From a virus, in IMG/VR virus record IMGVR_UViG_3300044591_000896, positions 1-64,000 of that record: a stretch of DNA of 64,000 nucleotides. One strand, written 5' to 3'. Under the pieces are notes generated by a model that saw nothing but the letters and a program-made list of their open reading frames with translations, did not search any database and was not told where the DNA came from. Within the stretch, counting starts at the first letter, position 1; each line of letters starts with the position of its first letter. Position numbers and translations under genes: made by a program. This document shows, piece after piece, positions 1-10,307 of this stretch.

Positions 1-505
1 CTTCTGCTGCTGCTTGAGCGGCGTTAGCCTTTGAAGTAGCGTCTGCTGCTGCAGTGGCTTCTGCTGCTGCTTGAGCGGCGTTAGCCTTAGATGTTGCATC
101 AGATGCTGCGGTTGAAACTGAAGCTGCGTCGCCTGATACTCTAAGTGCTGCTTCTGCTGCTACCTTAGTTGTAGCATCTGTTGCTGCAGCAGTAATTGCT
201 GCAGACTGTGCTGCGTTAGCCTTAGATGTTGCATCAGATGCTGCGGTTGCTTCTGCTGCAGACTGTGCTGCTTCTGCAGAACCTGCAGGATCAAATACGC
301 CAGATTTTACGGAAAGCTTTCCTGCTCCATTTACTTCAAGCTGTGTAGCCTCTACGGACTTTACAAGAGTTGCTCCACCAACAAGATTCAGAATATAATT
401 ATCTGCACCTGTTTCTGTAAGTATGTTTTGGCCATTAATTGTACCCGTTGTACCTTCTACAATTAAGCCTTGTTTAATTCTAAAGTTCTTATTTACTGTT
501 GCCAT
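1..505 (-). CDS. Tail fibre/virion structural protein (3' end outside window), Ala-rich repeats
   Basis: ATG at 505 after GGGGG-like RBS; MATVNKNFRIKQGL... with DATSKANAAQAAAE repeats like those of the 3748-5691 protein. Confidence 0.7.
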   Translation of the reverse strand, partial: MATVNKNFRIKQGLIVEGTTGTINGQNILTETGADNYILNLVGGATLVKSVEATQLEVNGAGKLSVKSGVFDPAGSAEAAQSAAEATAASDATSKANAAQSAAITAAATDATTKVAAEAALRVSGDAASVSTAASDATSKANAAQAAAEATAAADATSKANAAQAAAE

Positions 506-519
506 TTGCAACCCCCTTG

Positions 520-1071
520 TTAAGCTTTAAGCGCAGTTCTGTAATATCTAGCAGTTACACTAGCGGCTACAGGAGTTACGCATAAACCAATTATACCTGA
601 ATTTTCTTCAAAAGTGACGGAAGCAAGCGTATTATTTGTATTAGAAATAATGTTTGATTCTGCCACATTTATGTTTGTACCATCATTCAAAATCACTAGA
701 GATGAAGAAACGTATTCATTACCTCTTGTAATCTGAAGTTCATATTTTACTGTTCTATATACTGTTTTTGAAAAAGTATCAATTGTTGTTTTGTTTTCTA
801 TGCCGTTTATAACAAGATCATTATTACCTTCAAGACCAAAAAGGATATCTCCAGAGTCTGTGGTATTTTGAAGTGTTGTAATAGCAGTAGAAAGCTCTGA
901 GACCTTATAGTCTAATGAGTCTGGATCTGCTGATCCATCTACACCGACCTTTGTCTGTATTGCTTCTAAAGCATCATTGATGTCTGTGTGAAGAGCTGCG
1001 TGACCAGATAAAGAGTCTGTTGCTGACGGATTATCTAGGTTGTCTAAAGTTGTTGGAAAATCTGTTGCCAT
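520..1071 (-). CDS. Virion structural/tail-associated protein
   Basis: GGAGG RBS; MATDFPTTLD N-terminus; located among tail genes. Confidence 0.55.
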   Translation of the reverse strand: MATDFPTTLDNLDNPSATDSLSGHAALHTDINDALEAIQTKVGVDGSADPDSLDYKVSELSTAITTLQNTTDSGDILFGLEGNNDLVINGIENKTTIDTFSKTVYRTVKYELQITRGNEYVSSSLVILNDGTNINVAESNIISNTNNTLASVTFEENSGIIGLCVTPVAASVTARYYRTALKA

Positions 1072-1124
1072 GTTGCCTCCATGCGGTGTAACCTTATCTA
1101 ATTATATCGTATATTTTATTAAGG

Positions 1125-1358
1125 CTACCACTTTTTTAGTGGACATTCCGCATATTTTATTTTTGTTTTAGCTTTCATTATGCATCCACATTCTTTACAT
1201 TGTGTTGTAAGACTTATGAATCTTGGACATTGTTTACATATGGATAGCTTTTCTGCCGCTTCATCATCAGATACATATTCAGTTCTAGGATTTAATAAAT
1301 CCCATGGCCTTGTATCTCCAAGCTTTTCTTTATAGTTTTCCCACGCAGAAAGTGTCAT
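1125..1358 (-). CDS. Small Cys-rich zinc-binding protein (DUF6171-like)
   Basis: CxxC...CxxCxC...CPxxKW pattern; start overlaps stop of upstream gene. Confidence 0.6.
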   Translation of the reverse strand: MTLSAWENYKEKLGDTRPWDLLNPRTEYVSDDEAAEKLSICKQCPRFISLTTQCKECGCIMKAKTKIKYAECPLKKW

Positions 1359-3736
1359 TAGTACCTAAATCCAAAACGTGGTGGTGAAACAGCAAAGTGA
1401 GGTGGGAAGAACGGTGGGAAGTGTGGTGGTGTGAATGCAAAGTATGGGTATCCGCTAAAGTACGGCGGGAAGAACGGTGGGAAGTGTGGTGGGAAGAACG
1501 GTGGGAAGTGTGGTGGGAAGAATGGTGGGAAGAACGGTGGGAAGTGAGGTGGGAAGAACGGTGGGAAGTGTGGTGGTGTGAATGCAAAGTATGGGTATCC
1601 GCTAAAGTACGGCGGGAAGAACGGTGGGAAGTGTGGTGGTGAAAACGCAACGGTTGCACAAGCTCCATTTGCGGCGGCGGCTAATGCTTCTGCTGCTGTT
1701 GCTGCATACACTGTATATGTTGAAAGCCTTCCTCCAGTTGTATAAACATTTGCAGGAATTGCAGCTGCTGTATATGGTCCGTCAACGGCAGGTGCAGAAA
1801 CATAAGTTCCATTTTGTACATCACAAGAAGAAGTTCCTCTATAGTATTCTACTGCAATTGGCTCAACATATCCGCAATCTGCAGAATTCCACGTCCAATA
1901 TACAGTTGCCTGATATGTCTTATCTCCATATGTTGGTGACCCAGTACAATCTCTATAAGTGCTTTGTGCGACTCCATTTAAATAATACTGCTCTCTGTAT
2001 CCATAAATTGGTCTAGACCAAGTCATTTTTGTTGTTCCAGAACAATCATATCCATAGTCGGTTCCATTGTTATATTGTGTACATGGTCCCCATGATGCAA
2101 CTGGGGCTGGTGCGGATGGGACTCTAGAATTTGATGTTGCAGTTGCTGATCCTGCGCTATTGCTTGCAGTAACTATACATTTAATTGAAAATCCATCTAG
2201 GTACGATGGTGTTGTTATTGAAGAATCATTGCCTATATTTATCCAAACTGATCCTTGATCATTATACTGCCATTGATACGAATATGATGTTGGATTGTTA
2301 TTCCAAGTACCAACACTTGATACTGACCAATCTCTATTTGATCCAGAAATAACTGGTGAGCCACCAGCCCATGTTGGTGCAATAACTGTAGGCGGCTTTG
2401 GAATGGATTGTGCTGAATTACTACTCATAGTTGCACTAGTTGTTCTTAAATCTGTTGTTAATACATAGACCGAACATGTTATTGATTTATTATCATATGC
2501 AGTCGTATCATAAAGATTCATTGTATCTGATTCATATATAGCAAAATCATTTATAGCAACGCCGTCTGCAAACCATTCATATAGGTACATTGAGATTGAA
2601 GATGTGTTTGACCAAGTTCCAGTTGTTGCCGAAAATATTCTTCCATTTGAAGTTGAAACAGTAGGGGCAACTTGATTTACTGGTAGTGGGTTAACTGGGT
2701 AAGATATTGTAAGTCCTGGAGATGAGCTCCAGGAGGTTTCATCAAATCTTGGTGCCGTTCCAGTTACTGTTACTGTAAAGGATCCAAAAGTAGTTCCGCC
2801 TTCTCCAAATTGCTGGATATCTAAAGATGTTGCAGATGCTCCTCCAGACATAAATGCAGAAGCATAGAATTGACCATTATTATATACAACCCAGTCTGTC
2901 TGCTGTATTAGATTAGTAGACCAGCTTATTCTACCTCCCCAAAAGAAAGATTCCATTGTTGCTGTGACTGTAGGCTTGTTTGGCTTTAAATCATTAACTA
3001 CTCCATTTTTACCATATCCAGTTATTGTCATTCCACTTACATTAGAAGTATTCTTAGGATTAACTAATAAGCCAATAGTGCCATCTGCATTTCCAGTATC
3101 AAATGTATATGTGTTAACATCTCCAAGAGAAGGTACCTCAGTAAATGTTACTTCAGGACCTTGATATTGTAGATAAAAATCATTTGCTCCAACTGGCTTT
3201 ACCCAGTCTAGCTTTACAACACCATTTTCTACAACTGTTACAGTTAAGTTTGTTAATTTTTGTGGGGCAACAATAGGAGTAGGCAATGTATATACTGGCT
3301 CTCTATTGTCTCCATATTGATTAGTTGCAGTAACCTTACATCTTAATACATATCCAACATATTTTAATGTTCTTGAAGAATCCCATTCATCTTCATTTAA
3401 AAATAATGAATTTTCTGTTTTACCAGTAATGTCAGACCAGTTTAAAGATGATCCAGAATAAGGTGCTTTTTGCCATTGGTATTTATAAGATGTTGGAGAA
3501 TTATCCCATGTTCCAGTTGACACAGATATAGTTTCTTGTGCCCCATATAAATAATTATCTGGCTGTAAAGATATGGTTGGCAATACTTTATTTATTGGAG
3601 TAACTTCTGTTACTGGCTTCCAAGTTGTGCCGTCGTAAATAAAAATGCGCTGAGCATCATTCCAGGTAACCCCGTTATGAATCTTGATTTTTTTGAAGGG
3701 ATTCCATGAAGAACCATTCCAAATATTTAGCGGCAT
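1358..3736 (-). CDS. Ig/FnIII-repeat virion protein with C-terminal PPxF repeat tail
   Basis: Repeated GTWxNxPTSYxYQW...C(K/I)VTAxN Ig-like units; 17 PPxF units at C-terminus. Confidence 0.7.
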   Translation of the reverse strand: MPLNIWNGSSWNPFKKIKIHNGVTWNDAQRIFIYDGTTWKPVTEVTPINKVLPTISLQPDNYLYGAQETISVSTGTWDNSPTSYKYQWQKAPYSGSSLNWSDITGKTENSLFLNEDEWDSSRTLKYVGYVLRCKVTATNQYGDNREPVYTLPTPIVAPQKLTNLTVTVVENGVVKLDWVKPVGANDFYLQYQGPEVTFTEVPSLGDVNTYTFDTGNADGTIGLLVNPKNTSNVSGMTITGYGKNGVVNDLKPNKPTVTATMESFFWGGRISWSTNLIQQTDWVVYNNGQFYASAFMSGGASATSLDIQQFGEGGTTFGSFTVTVTGTAPRFDETSWSSSPGLTISYPVNPLPVNQVAPTVSTSNGRIFSATTGTWSNTSSISMYLYEWFADGVAINDFAIYESDTMNLYDTTAYDNKSITCSVYVLTTDLRTTSATMSSNSAQSIPKPPTVIAPTWAGGSPVISGSNRDWSVSSVGTWNNNPTSYSYQWQYNDQGSVWINIGNDSSITTPSYLDGFSIKCIVTASNSAGSATATSNSRVPSAPAPVASWGPCTQYNNGTDYGYDCSGTTKMTWSRPIYGYREQYYLNGVAQSTYRDCTGSPTYGDKTYQATVYWTWNSADCGYVEPIAVEYYRGTSSCDVQNGTYVSAPAVDGPYTAAAIPANVYTTGGRLSTYTVYAATAAEALAAAANGACATVAFSPPHFPPFFPPYFSGYPYFAFTPPHFPPFFPPHFPPFFPPFFPPHFPPFFPPHFPPFFPPYFSGYPYFAFTPPHFPPFFPPHFAVSPPRFGFRY
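1397..1640. repeat. 12-bp-unit tandem repeat encoding PP(H/F/Y)F, containing a ~92-bp block duplicated at offset 147
   Basis: GGTGGGAAGAAC/GGTGGGAAGTGT units; 1401-1492 matches 1548-1639. Confidence 0.95.
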
Positions 3737-3747
3737 TTAATCTCCTA

Positions 3748-5691
3748 TCAGTATTGTATGTAAATATCTCCAGCTACGGGGCTCACTATAGAAGGTGTCT
3801 CTGATGTTCCGTATGCAATTTTGTTCTGTACATTTGGTGCAGATGGATTTGCGTATCCACCTAATGTTATTGATTCTCCCAAATTTATGGTATTCCCATT
3901 GACTTCAACATAAGCATTTTCTATTTTGCTATTTGGAATCGATCCAGTTAATGCTGAACTTGCTATTGATGAATCTGCAAAAGTAACATTGGCATTAGCA
4001 AATGAAACCGTTCCTGCAAAAACTGGGCTAATTAGAGTTGCATATAGAGAAAGGTCGACTGATGCCCATGATGCAGATGATCCGTTTGTTGTTAAAAATT
4101 TACCACTATTGTCTAATTGATTTGGTAGCGTATTGATTCCAGTAACTGTTGCATTTGTAAAGTCTACAGTTCCAGAAAATGATGGCGATGCAAGTGGTGC
4201 TTTGAGTTCTAAATCAGATTGAGATCCTTTTAAGTCTAAAGCAGCTTGTGTTGCTGTTGAAATAGGTTTATCTAAATCGCTAGTATCATTAGCATTTCCA
4301 AGACCAACCATTGATTTTGTTATTCCAGAAACAGTTCCTGTAAATGTAGGATTTGCAATTGGTGCTTTAAGAGCAACATTATCAATTGTTTCATATGTAG
4401 ATGCTGCTGTATGTATTGCTAGCTTTGTTCCTATTAGTGTTGTCAGTGCATCTATTGCGCTGTCATCATTTCCTAAAGCAGCAGAAAGCTCTGCAATTGT
4501 ATTTAATGCTTCTGGGGCATTTCCTACTAGTGCTGCAATTGCATTATCTGTATATGTTTTTGTTGCAATTGTATCTGGTATTACTGATTCTAATATTTTT
4601 GATGATGCATTTAATCCAGCATATCCGTTAGGCTGGTTTCTTAAAGATTCTAAAACATAGTTATCCAAAGAGTTTCCTATATTTGTAACATCTTGATTTG
4701 TATCAGCAATCATGTCCATTAAAAATGTTCTTAATTGGTCATCTGCATCTTGTAATGATGCTACTCTTGAATTAATTGTTGGAGTCAATGCTGCAATTGC
4801 TCTAGGGTTTGTAAAATAAAGATTGGTGCCTTCTGGGAGGTTAGTGGTAGAAGTTATTATGCTCCCGCCGCTTCCTACTGGTATTGCTGCAATGGCTGCT
4901 GTAATATCTGGGGCGACTGCATCTTTAGCTCTTTGTGCTGTAAAATATAGTCTACTTCCCTCTGCTACATCGGAGGTTGTAAGATCCATAATTTCAGCTT
5001 GTATTGCAATATTTCTATTTATAACTTCATTACCTATTGCTGTGCTTATTGCGGTATTTCTGTCACCGACTTCTTGTGTAATTGCTGTTGATACAGCAGT
5101 GTTAATTGCAGAAGTTGTATCAGTTAAAGCTTGATTAACTTTAGTTGTTGCATCGTTTGAAGCTGTGCTTATTGCTTCTGACTTGGCAGTTGCAATTTTA
5201 CCTTCAGCATTTGATATTGCTGTTGCCTGGGCTGTATTAGCTTTTGTTGTTGCATCTGTTGCAGCAGCAGCTATGGCTGCAGCTTGTGCTGCATTTGCTT
5301 TTGTTGTTGCGTCTGCTGCAGCAGTTGTTGATATACCTGAAACAATTGAAGCATTTGCTGCAATTGCTCTAGCGTCAGTAAAGTATTTATTTGTTCCTTC
5401 AGCTAGGCTTGTTGTAGTTAATGCGGCTATAGCGGCGGCAACTTCTCCAGAGACTGAGGTTTGGTTTGGCAGTTGTGATGTAGGAATTTTACCACTTGAA
5501 TCAAGTGTTGCTATACCATTTGCTTCTCCTGGCTTAAATGCATAAGATGCTATTGAGTTCCATCTTGATCCATTACCTATTTTAAACTTGTTTGTGTCTG
5601 ACTCTATTCCTATTTCTCCAGAAAGAAGAATTGGATTATTTAATACCCAGTTTGATGCGGTATCTCTTCTAAGTAATATTCTAACTGCCAT
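3748..5691 (-). CDS. Tail fibre protein with Mtd/hyaluronidase-type N-terminal domain
   Basis: LRRDTASNW...GEIGIESDTNKFKIGNG; EGTNLYFT repeats; APEALNTIAEL motif. Confidence 0.75.
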   Translation of the reverse strand: MAVRILLRRDTASNWVLNNPILLSGEIGIESDTNKFKIGNGSRWNSIASYAFKPGEANGIATLDSSGKIPTSQLPNQTSVSGEVAAAIAALTTTSLAEGTNKYFTDARAIAANASIVSGISTTAAADATTKANAAQAAAIAAAATDATTKANTAQATAISNAEGKIATAKSEAISTASNDATTKVNQALTDTTSAINTAVSTAITQEVGDRNTAISTAIGNEVINRNIAIQAEIMDLTTSDVAEGSRLYFTAQRAKDAVAPDITAAIAAIPVGSGGSIITSTTNLPEGTNLYFTNPRAIAALTPTINSRVASLQDADDQLRTFLMDMIADTNQDVTNIGNSLDNYVLESLRNQPNGYAGLNASSKILESVIPDTIATKTYTDNAIAALVGNAPEALNTIAELSAALGNDDSAIDALTTLIGTKLAIHTAASTYETIDNVALKAPIANPTFTGTVSGITKSMVGLGNANDTSDLDKPISTATQAALDLKGSQSDLELKAPLASPSFSGTVDFTNATVTGINTLPNQLDNSGKFLTTNGSSASWASVDLSLYATLISPVFAGTVSFANANVTFADSSIASSALTGSIPNSKIENAYVEVNGNTINLGESITLGGYANPSAPNVQNKIAYGTSETPSIVSPVAGDIYIQY

Positions 5692-6143
5692 TAGATTGAT
5701 GCTCCTCCGTCAAGGATATCTCCAACAAAATCTGTTGAATCTCCTCCTATAATTAATGTGTCTTCTGGTGTTTCTTCTGGTTCTCCACCATCAAATAATG
5801 TTAGATTGTCCCAGCTTGGGTTTTCATTTGATAAAGAAGGTGTTCCACCTTCTACTCCAATAACTTCTGGGAGGATAACTGCGGGAGATGCAATTTCATT
5901 ATACTCCAAGAAAGTAATTGGATTTTGAATATCAATTGTATGAACTTCTCCATCAAATGCGTGAGTATGTCTATAAAATGGAGTTGGGTCTGTACTTGGT
6001 GGTGTTAGCTCAATCCATGAATCACCATTGTGAATTCTTAAATTTTTGCTAATTACATTAAAATAGACATCGCCTTCTTTTCCAGATGACGGATCTACTT
6101 CCATTGTAAGTAAGTTTAACGCAACTTTCATTTGTCTAGACAT
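5691..6143 (-). CDS. Putative tail-associated protein
   Basis: GDVYFN...LRIHNGDSW fibre motif; coupled to neighbours. Confidence 0.5.
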   Translation of the reverse strand: MSRQMKVALNLLTMEVDPSSGKEGDVYFNVISKNLRIHNGDSWIELTPPSTDPTPFYRHTHAFDGEVHTIDIQNPITFLEYNEIASPAVILPEVIGVEGGTPSLSNENPSWDNLTLFDGGEPEETPEDTLIIGGDSTDFVGDILDGGASI

Positions 6144-6144
6144 A

Positions 6145-7113
6145 TTAACCTACTACTACTACTTTAAACTCTCCAGCTGAAGGTGCTACTGCAAAATCAA
6201 CTTTAACATTATTTTCATCATGCAACTTAATATCTGCTTCTACAAGTGAACCAGTTGCTGTATCAAATACCTGTACTGTAACCTCTAATGTTCCAAGTTT
6301 ATGCTCTACTGTATATGATGTTTGTGATGTCCCAAGTGTTGTTACTGACTTTCTAGCAATTGAGTGATAGTCTACTCCATTGTTTGTTAGTGACCACTTG
6401 TCTGTTGCTTCATTCCATAAAATTTCAACATCTGCATCTGAACCACGCTCTACCATTATTCCAGCATTTGTAGTTGCAGATCCAGTGGCATTGCTATTAA
6501 GCTTTACCTTGTTATCTTCAATGTTAATCTGTGTAGTGTTTACAGAGTTAACTGTTCCAATAACATTAAGGTTTCCGCCAACCTGCAAGTTGCCAGTAAT
6601 CTCTACGTTGTCTGGCAATCCAATTGTTACGGCTGCATCATGACCACTATTTGGTGAAACTGTAATTTCATTTGCTGTTCCAGCAATTGTAGCTACATAA
6701 TCTCCTGTGGTCTGTGTGCTTAAAGGAACAATTAAGTCTGCCTGACTTGCAGCAGTTAATCTACCTTGCTGATCTACTGAAAATGTTACTGTTTTTGATG
6801 TAGACCCATATGTTCCAGCAGTTACTGCTGTATTGTCTAGATCTATGGTTGTTACGCCAGTTGTGTCATTGTATGAACGAGTTAATCCAACTCCGCCTTC
6901 TACATACTGACCAATAGCATCTTGAATTACTTCTAATGAACCTGATGTGGAAATCCACTCTGTTCCATTCCAGAAGTACATGATGTTGTCGCCAGTATTG
7001 TAGTAAACTTGACCTGATACTGGATTTGAAGGGGCTGCCCCTAAGTTTTGAATTCTAGCATTGAGTAACTCATTCTTGTTGAGATCAATACTAACTAAAT
7101 ATTTTTTTGCCAT
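6145..7113 (-). CDS. Putative tail fibre/minor tail protein
   Basis: GQVYYNT...WNGTEW, VDQQGRLTAAS and H.LG...VTVQV motifs. Confidence 0.6.
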   Translation of the reverse strand: MAKKYLVSIDLNKNELLNARIQNLGAAPSNPVSGQVYYNTGDNIMYFWNGTEWISTSGSLEVIQDAIGQYVEGGVGLTRSYNDTTGVTTIDLDNTAVTAGTYGSTSKTVTFSVDQQGRLTAASQADLIVPLSTQTTGDYVATIAGTANEITVSPNSGHDAAVTIGLPDNVEITGNLQVGGNLNVIGTVNSVNTTQINIEDNKVKLNSNATGSATTNAGIMVERGSDADVEILWNEATDKWSLTNNGVDYHSIARKSVTTLGTSQTSYTVEHKLGTLEVTVQVFDTATGSLVEADIKLHDENNVKVDFAVAPSAGEFKVVVVG

Positions 7114-7127
7114 TTGCTATCTCCCTT

Positions 7128-7568
7128 TTAGGACAGGTGTGCTGTCCCTGAAAATGGCTGTGCCATTGTCAATGTTATTTTATTAAAGCTGTTGTAATCT
7201 ATGCCTGTTTCAAGAATATCCCCAGCACTTGACTTCACAGTTACATTTGGATTGTATCCAAGGTTGTGAATAATTTCTACTGAGTACACTCCATCTACTG
7301 GACCCTGAAGTTGAGCAAGTTCCCAGGATGTTGTTAGAGTTGAGTTTGTTAATATAATTACTTTTGCGTCTGCCCAAGAAGAATCACTAGTCTTTGGACC
7401 GATAAATTTATTTAATGTCGTTTCATAGTAAAAATCTCCAGTTAGCCCAAGGTTGTTTGCTGGGTTACCGACTCCATTGAGTATTGTTCTACCTCTTGGT
7501 CCTTGTGGACCAGGAGATGAAATAATTAGATTATTTTTTTGTTCTTTAACTATTACTTTGTCGACCAT
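7128..7568 (-). CDS. Minor tail protein with short collagen-like motif
   Basis: PGPQGPRG; HNLGYNPNVTV. Confidence 0.5.
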   Translation of the reverse strand: MVDKVIVKEQKNNLIISSPGPQGPRGRTILNGVGNPANNLGLTGDFYYETTLNKFIGPKTSDSSWADAKVIILTNSTLTTSWELAQLQGPVDGVYSVEIIHNLGYNPNVTVKSSAGDILETGIDYNSFNKITLTMAQPFSGTAHLS

Positions 7569-7918
7569 TATATAGTTACCGACCTACTGAGAGTAATGAA
7601 CCCCTCTAGGAGTTTAATCTTATTCCCATTAGTGTCAATAACCATAATGTCATATGCAGATTTTGGATAAAAGAGTTTGTTGGTTTGTGTTGGAGTCATC
7701 TTTACATCTAATGTTCCTGTTGGTCCATTGATTGTAATTCCACCCGCTGGTGAGGTTAGTGTGAAAGCAAGCTTGCTGCCACCCTGTGTATCACGAACTT
7801 GTAGCTTTGCTGATGCACCAGTAAGATCAATAGCTGTTACCTCGTCATCTTCAGTATATTGTATCTGAAAATTAAATGTAGCGTTTTGATCTACTTCGAA
7901 ATTCTTTTTTACTGCCAT
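7568..7918 (-). CDS. Ig-like baseplate/tail adaptor protein (BppU/LtfC-like)
   Basis: DQNATF...IDLTGASAKLQVR...YDI...LLEG pattern. Confidence 0.55.
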   Translation of the reverse strand: MAVKKNFEVDQNATFNFQIQYTEDDEVTAIDLTGASAKLQVRDTQGGSKLAFTLTSPAGGITINGPTGTLDVKMTPTQTNKLFYPKSAYDIMVIDTNGNKIKLLEGFITLSRSVTI

Positions 7919-7987
7919 TTGCCATAGTCTCCTAAATAGGAATACTCCTGTACCAATTTTAGCACAGGAGTATTTCTAATCGACTAA

Positions 7988-8227
7988 TTACTTAGCTGGA
8001 GCCTTAAAACCAAATTCTTGGTTGCTTGGGCTTAATGCCTTTAGAATAACTGGAGCAACTGCTGCAACTCCACCCATCAAAAGGTCTCTTGGATTTGTAT
8101 TTCCAGTCATGTACAAAGCAATTGCTGCTGAAAGGAATGCTCTCGCATATGTTCCAAGTGCTGCTAAAATTTGTTCTGTCATTGTTACCTTTCCGTCTTT
8201 GTTTAAATCGGCTTTATCGTGTGCCAT
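7988..8227 (-). CDS. Small membrane protein, holin-like
   Basis: Two hydrophobic segments; GGAG RBS. Confidence 0.45.
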   Translation of the reverse strand: MAHDKADLNKDGKVTMTEQILAALGTYARAFLSAAIALYMTGNTNPRDLLMGGVAAVAPVILKALSPSNQEFGFKAPAK

Positions 8228-8294
8228 TTAATCATCTCCATCTCAGGGCGGTGTGCCCAGGAATTTTGGTTTTACCCAATACTATATTCTACCA

Positions 8295-10226
8295 CTATGC
8301 TGATATATCTACAATTTCGCAATTTCCGTCAGAAGTACACGCTAGGGTCTGGGTTCCGCTTGTCCCATCCTCTGTCTCATAGAAAGATAGATCTTCCCAG
8401 CGAATGCTTTTTGGCATTCTTGCAACAAGGTCTTCATATTCTTCCTTGCTTACTTCTTGATATGGAGCTTGCTTGTATGAGTGTTCTGAGTGGGGCAGGA
8501 ATGAGATTCCAGATACTTCATCAAAGTGCTTGTATACCCATGCTCCAACTTCCATCCATTCATCTTCCTTTACAGAAACTGTAATAGAAGGCTTGTGCTC
8601 ACACCATGCACGTTGGTAAACTAACCAAATGTTTAAGTGTTCAATAGCTGTTAGATCATTTCTAACAATTGCACCTTCTGGTGCCTTTACTGGAAATGAG
8701 AAAACATATGTATCGTTTGGCTTCATTACATCATCTTCTACTGGAATCCCAACTTCTTTAAGAAATACAGAAATTGGATCTCCCTTTGAACCACGAACTG
8801 TTCTAATGTAATATGGAGAATGCCATGCATGCATTCCTGAAGATACCCCGACCAATTGGGAAACTGTTCCTGATGGCTTCACACATGTAATAGCTGCAGA
8901 CTCAGGAATACCAATTTTCCCAGCCTCTTCTTTATTCTTTGCTCTTGCTGATTCTCTAAGAGTCATTAAAAATGATTCTAGCGCAACTAGGTCTTGTTTG
9001 CCTGACATAAACTTATGTCCAAATTGCCCAGTCAATGAAACTCCCAGAAGTCTTTCCTCTTCTGTATTGTCTTTCCAAATCTTACGAAGGTACTTAAAGT
9101 CTGTAAGAGTAGACTGCCAAGTTCCAAGAATAGTTGCTAACTCTACCTTACGCTCAATATCTTTCTTTGTATCATTTTCACGTAGTACGACTTCTGAAAG
9201 GTTACAAAACTGATAAGGACGTAGAATAATTTCTGAGCACGGGTTAGTTCCGTAGTGAATATCTGGATCTCTTCTTCCAAACTTGGCTGCTTGGGCTTGA
9301 GCTGCGGCCACATTGTATATACCTCGTTCTCCTGATTTCGAGTCATATAAAGATTTCCATTCTGCAATAAATTGCTCCATCTCTGGTTTGCGAGAATAAG
9401 CAACAGAGTTATTTGATAAAGCACGTTGAGTATTATTTTCCCACCAGTTGCCAGACTTTGCAGCAGCCATTTCAATGTCATTGATGTTTGATAAAGAAAT
9501 CATTGCTGAGCGTCTTACTCCACCTACAACAACTACTTCTCCAATCTTACACATTATGTCATGTGCCTCAATTGGCTTTAGTTGACGTCCTGCTGCAGAT
9601 TTAAACTTTGCAATTGTAAAATCAAAAAGATTAATCAGTGGTTGTGGTCCAGAAGATCTTCCGCCCATGGTCTTAAGTCTTGCTCCTGCTGGACGAAGTT
9701 TACTGACATCAATTGCTGGAATTTGACCTGACCAAAGCAGTGCTAGTAGCTCACGATATGCTTTTGCCCATCCTTGTTTTGAATCTTCAACTGTAATAAC
9801 GGTTGTTGACTTATCAAATGAATCTGGGACGGCAGGAAGCTTATTAACATACTTATACTCAACAGAGAATCCAACACCAGTACCACACATTAAGATGTAC
9901 ATGGTTTCATCAAATGATCTTGGTGAATCTACTGGTACAAATGAACAGTTATATCCTGCTACATGGTCTCTATCTAATGCTGCTCCAGCTGTCATGACTG
10001 AACGCATGGATGGCATAACATTTCTGTTATATACTGCTTCTTTTATTTCAGCAACTACTTTTGAATCTGGAACATAGTCCATAGTTTTGAGATGTGATAG
10101 CATAAAGTCAAAATATCTATCTACTGTCTCACCCCATGTTTCACGACGATTATCTTCTTGTAACCATCTTGCATATCTTGACAATGCAATAAAGTTTTCA
10201 TATGGGTTTTCAATAGTTCTTGACAT
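8295..10226 (-). CDS. nrdJ: Class II (adenosylcobalamin-dependent) ribonucleotide reductase
   Basis: YNCSF, GGVRRSA, TNPCSEI, CVKPSGTVSQL and C-terminal cysteine pair. Confidence 0.92.
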   Translation of the reverse strand: MSRTIENPYENFIALSRYARWLQEDNRRETWGETVDRYFDFMLSHLKTMDYVPDSKVVAEIKEAVYNRNVMPSMRSVMTAGAALDRDHVAGYNCSFVPVDSPRSFDETMYILMCGTGVGFSVEYKYVNKLPAVPDSFDKSTTVITVEDSKQGWAKAYRELLALLWSGQIPAIDVSKLRPAGARLKTMGGRSSGPQPLINLFDFTIAKFKSAAGRQLKPIEAHDIMCKIGEVVVVGGVRRSAMISLSNINDIEMAAAKSGNWWENNTQRALSNNSVAYSRKPEMEQFIAEWKSLYDSKSGERGIYNVAAAQAQAAKFGRRDPDIHYGTNPCSEIILRPYQFCNLSEVVLRENDTKKDIERKVELATILGTWQSTLTDFKYLRKIWKDNTEEERLLGVSLTGQFGHKFMSGKQDLVALESFLMTLRESARAKNKEEAGKIGIPESAAITCVKPSGTVSQLVGVSSGMHAWHSPYYIRTVRGSKGDPISVFLKEVGIPVEDDVMKPNDTYVFSFPVKAPEGAIVRNDLTAIEHLNIWLVYQRAWCEHKPSITVSVKEDEWMEVGAWVYKHFDEVSGISFLPHSEHSYKQAPYQEVSKEEYEDLVARMPKSIRWEDLSFYETEDGTSGTQTLACTSDGNCEIVDISA

Positions 10227-10307
10227 ATACGACCTCTTCTCCGCCCTGCGGTGTAATTTTTTGTGTGAAGTCCTAGTGTATCAAACTTTTTTTTACAGGT
10301 CTAGTGT

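Noticed and set aside
1330-1668. His/Ser-rich and Trp/Glu-rich ORFs over the 12-bp repeat; possible CRISPR array
   Set aside because: These are alternative frames of the PPxF coding repeat; there are no unique spacers, so it is not CRISPR.
8295-10226. Intein or intron in nrdJ (also checked terL, recA and the visible part of dnaE)
   Set aside because: Reading frames are continuous and of ordinary length; no splicing motifs seen.
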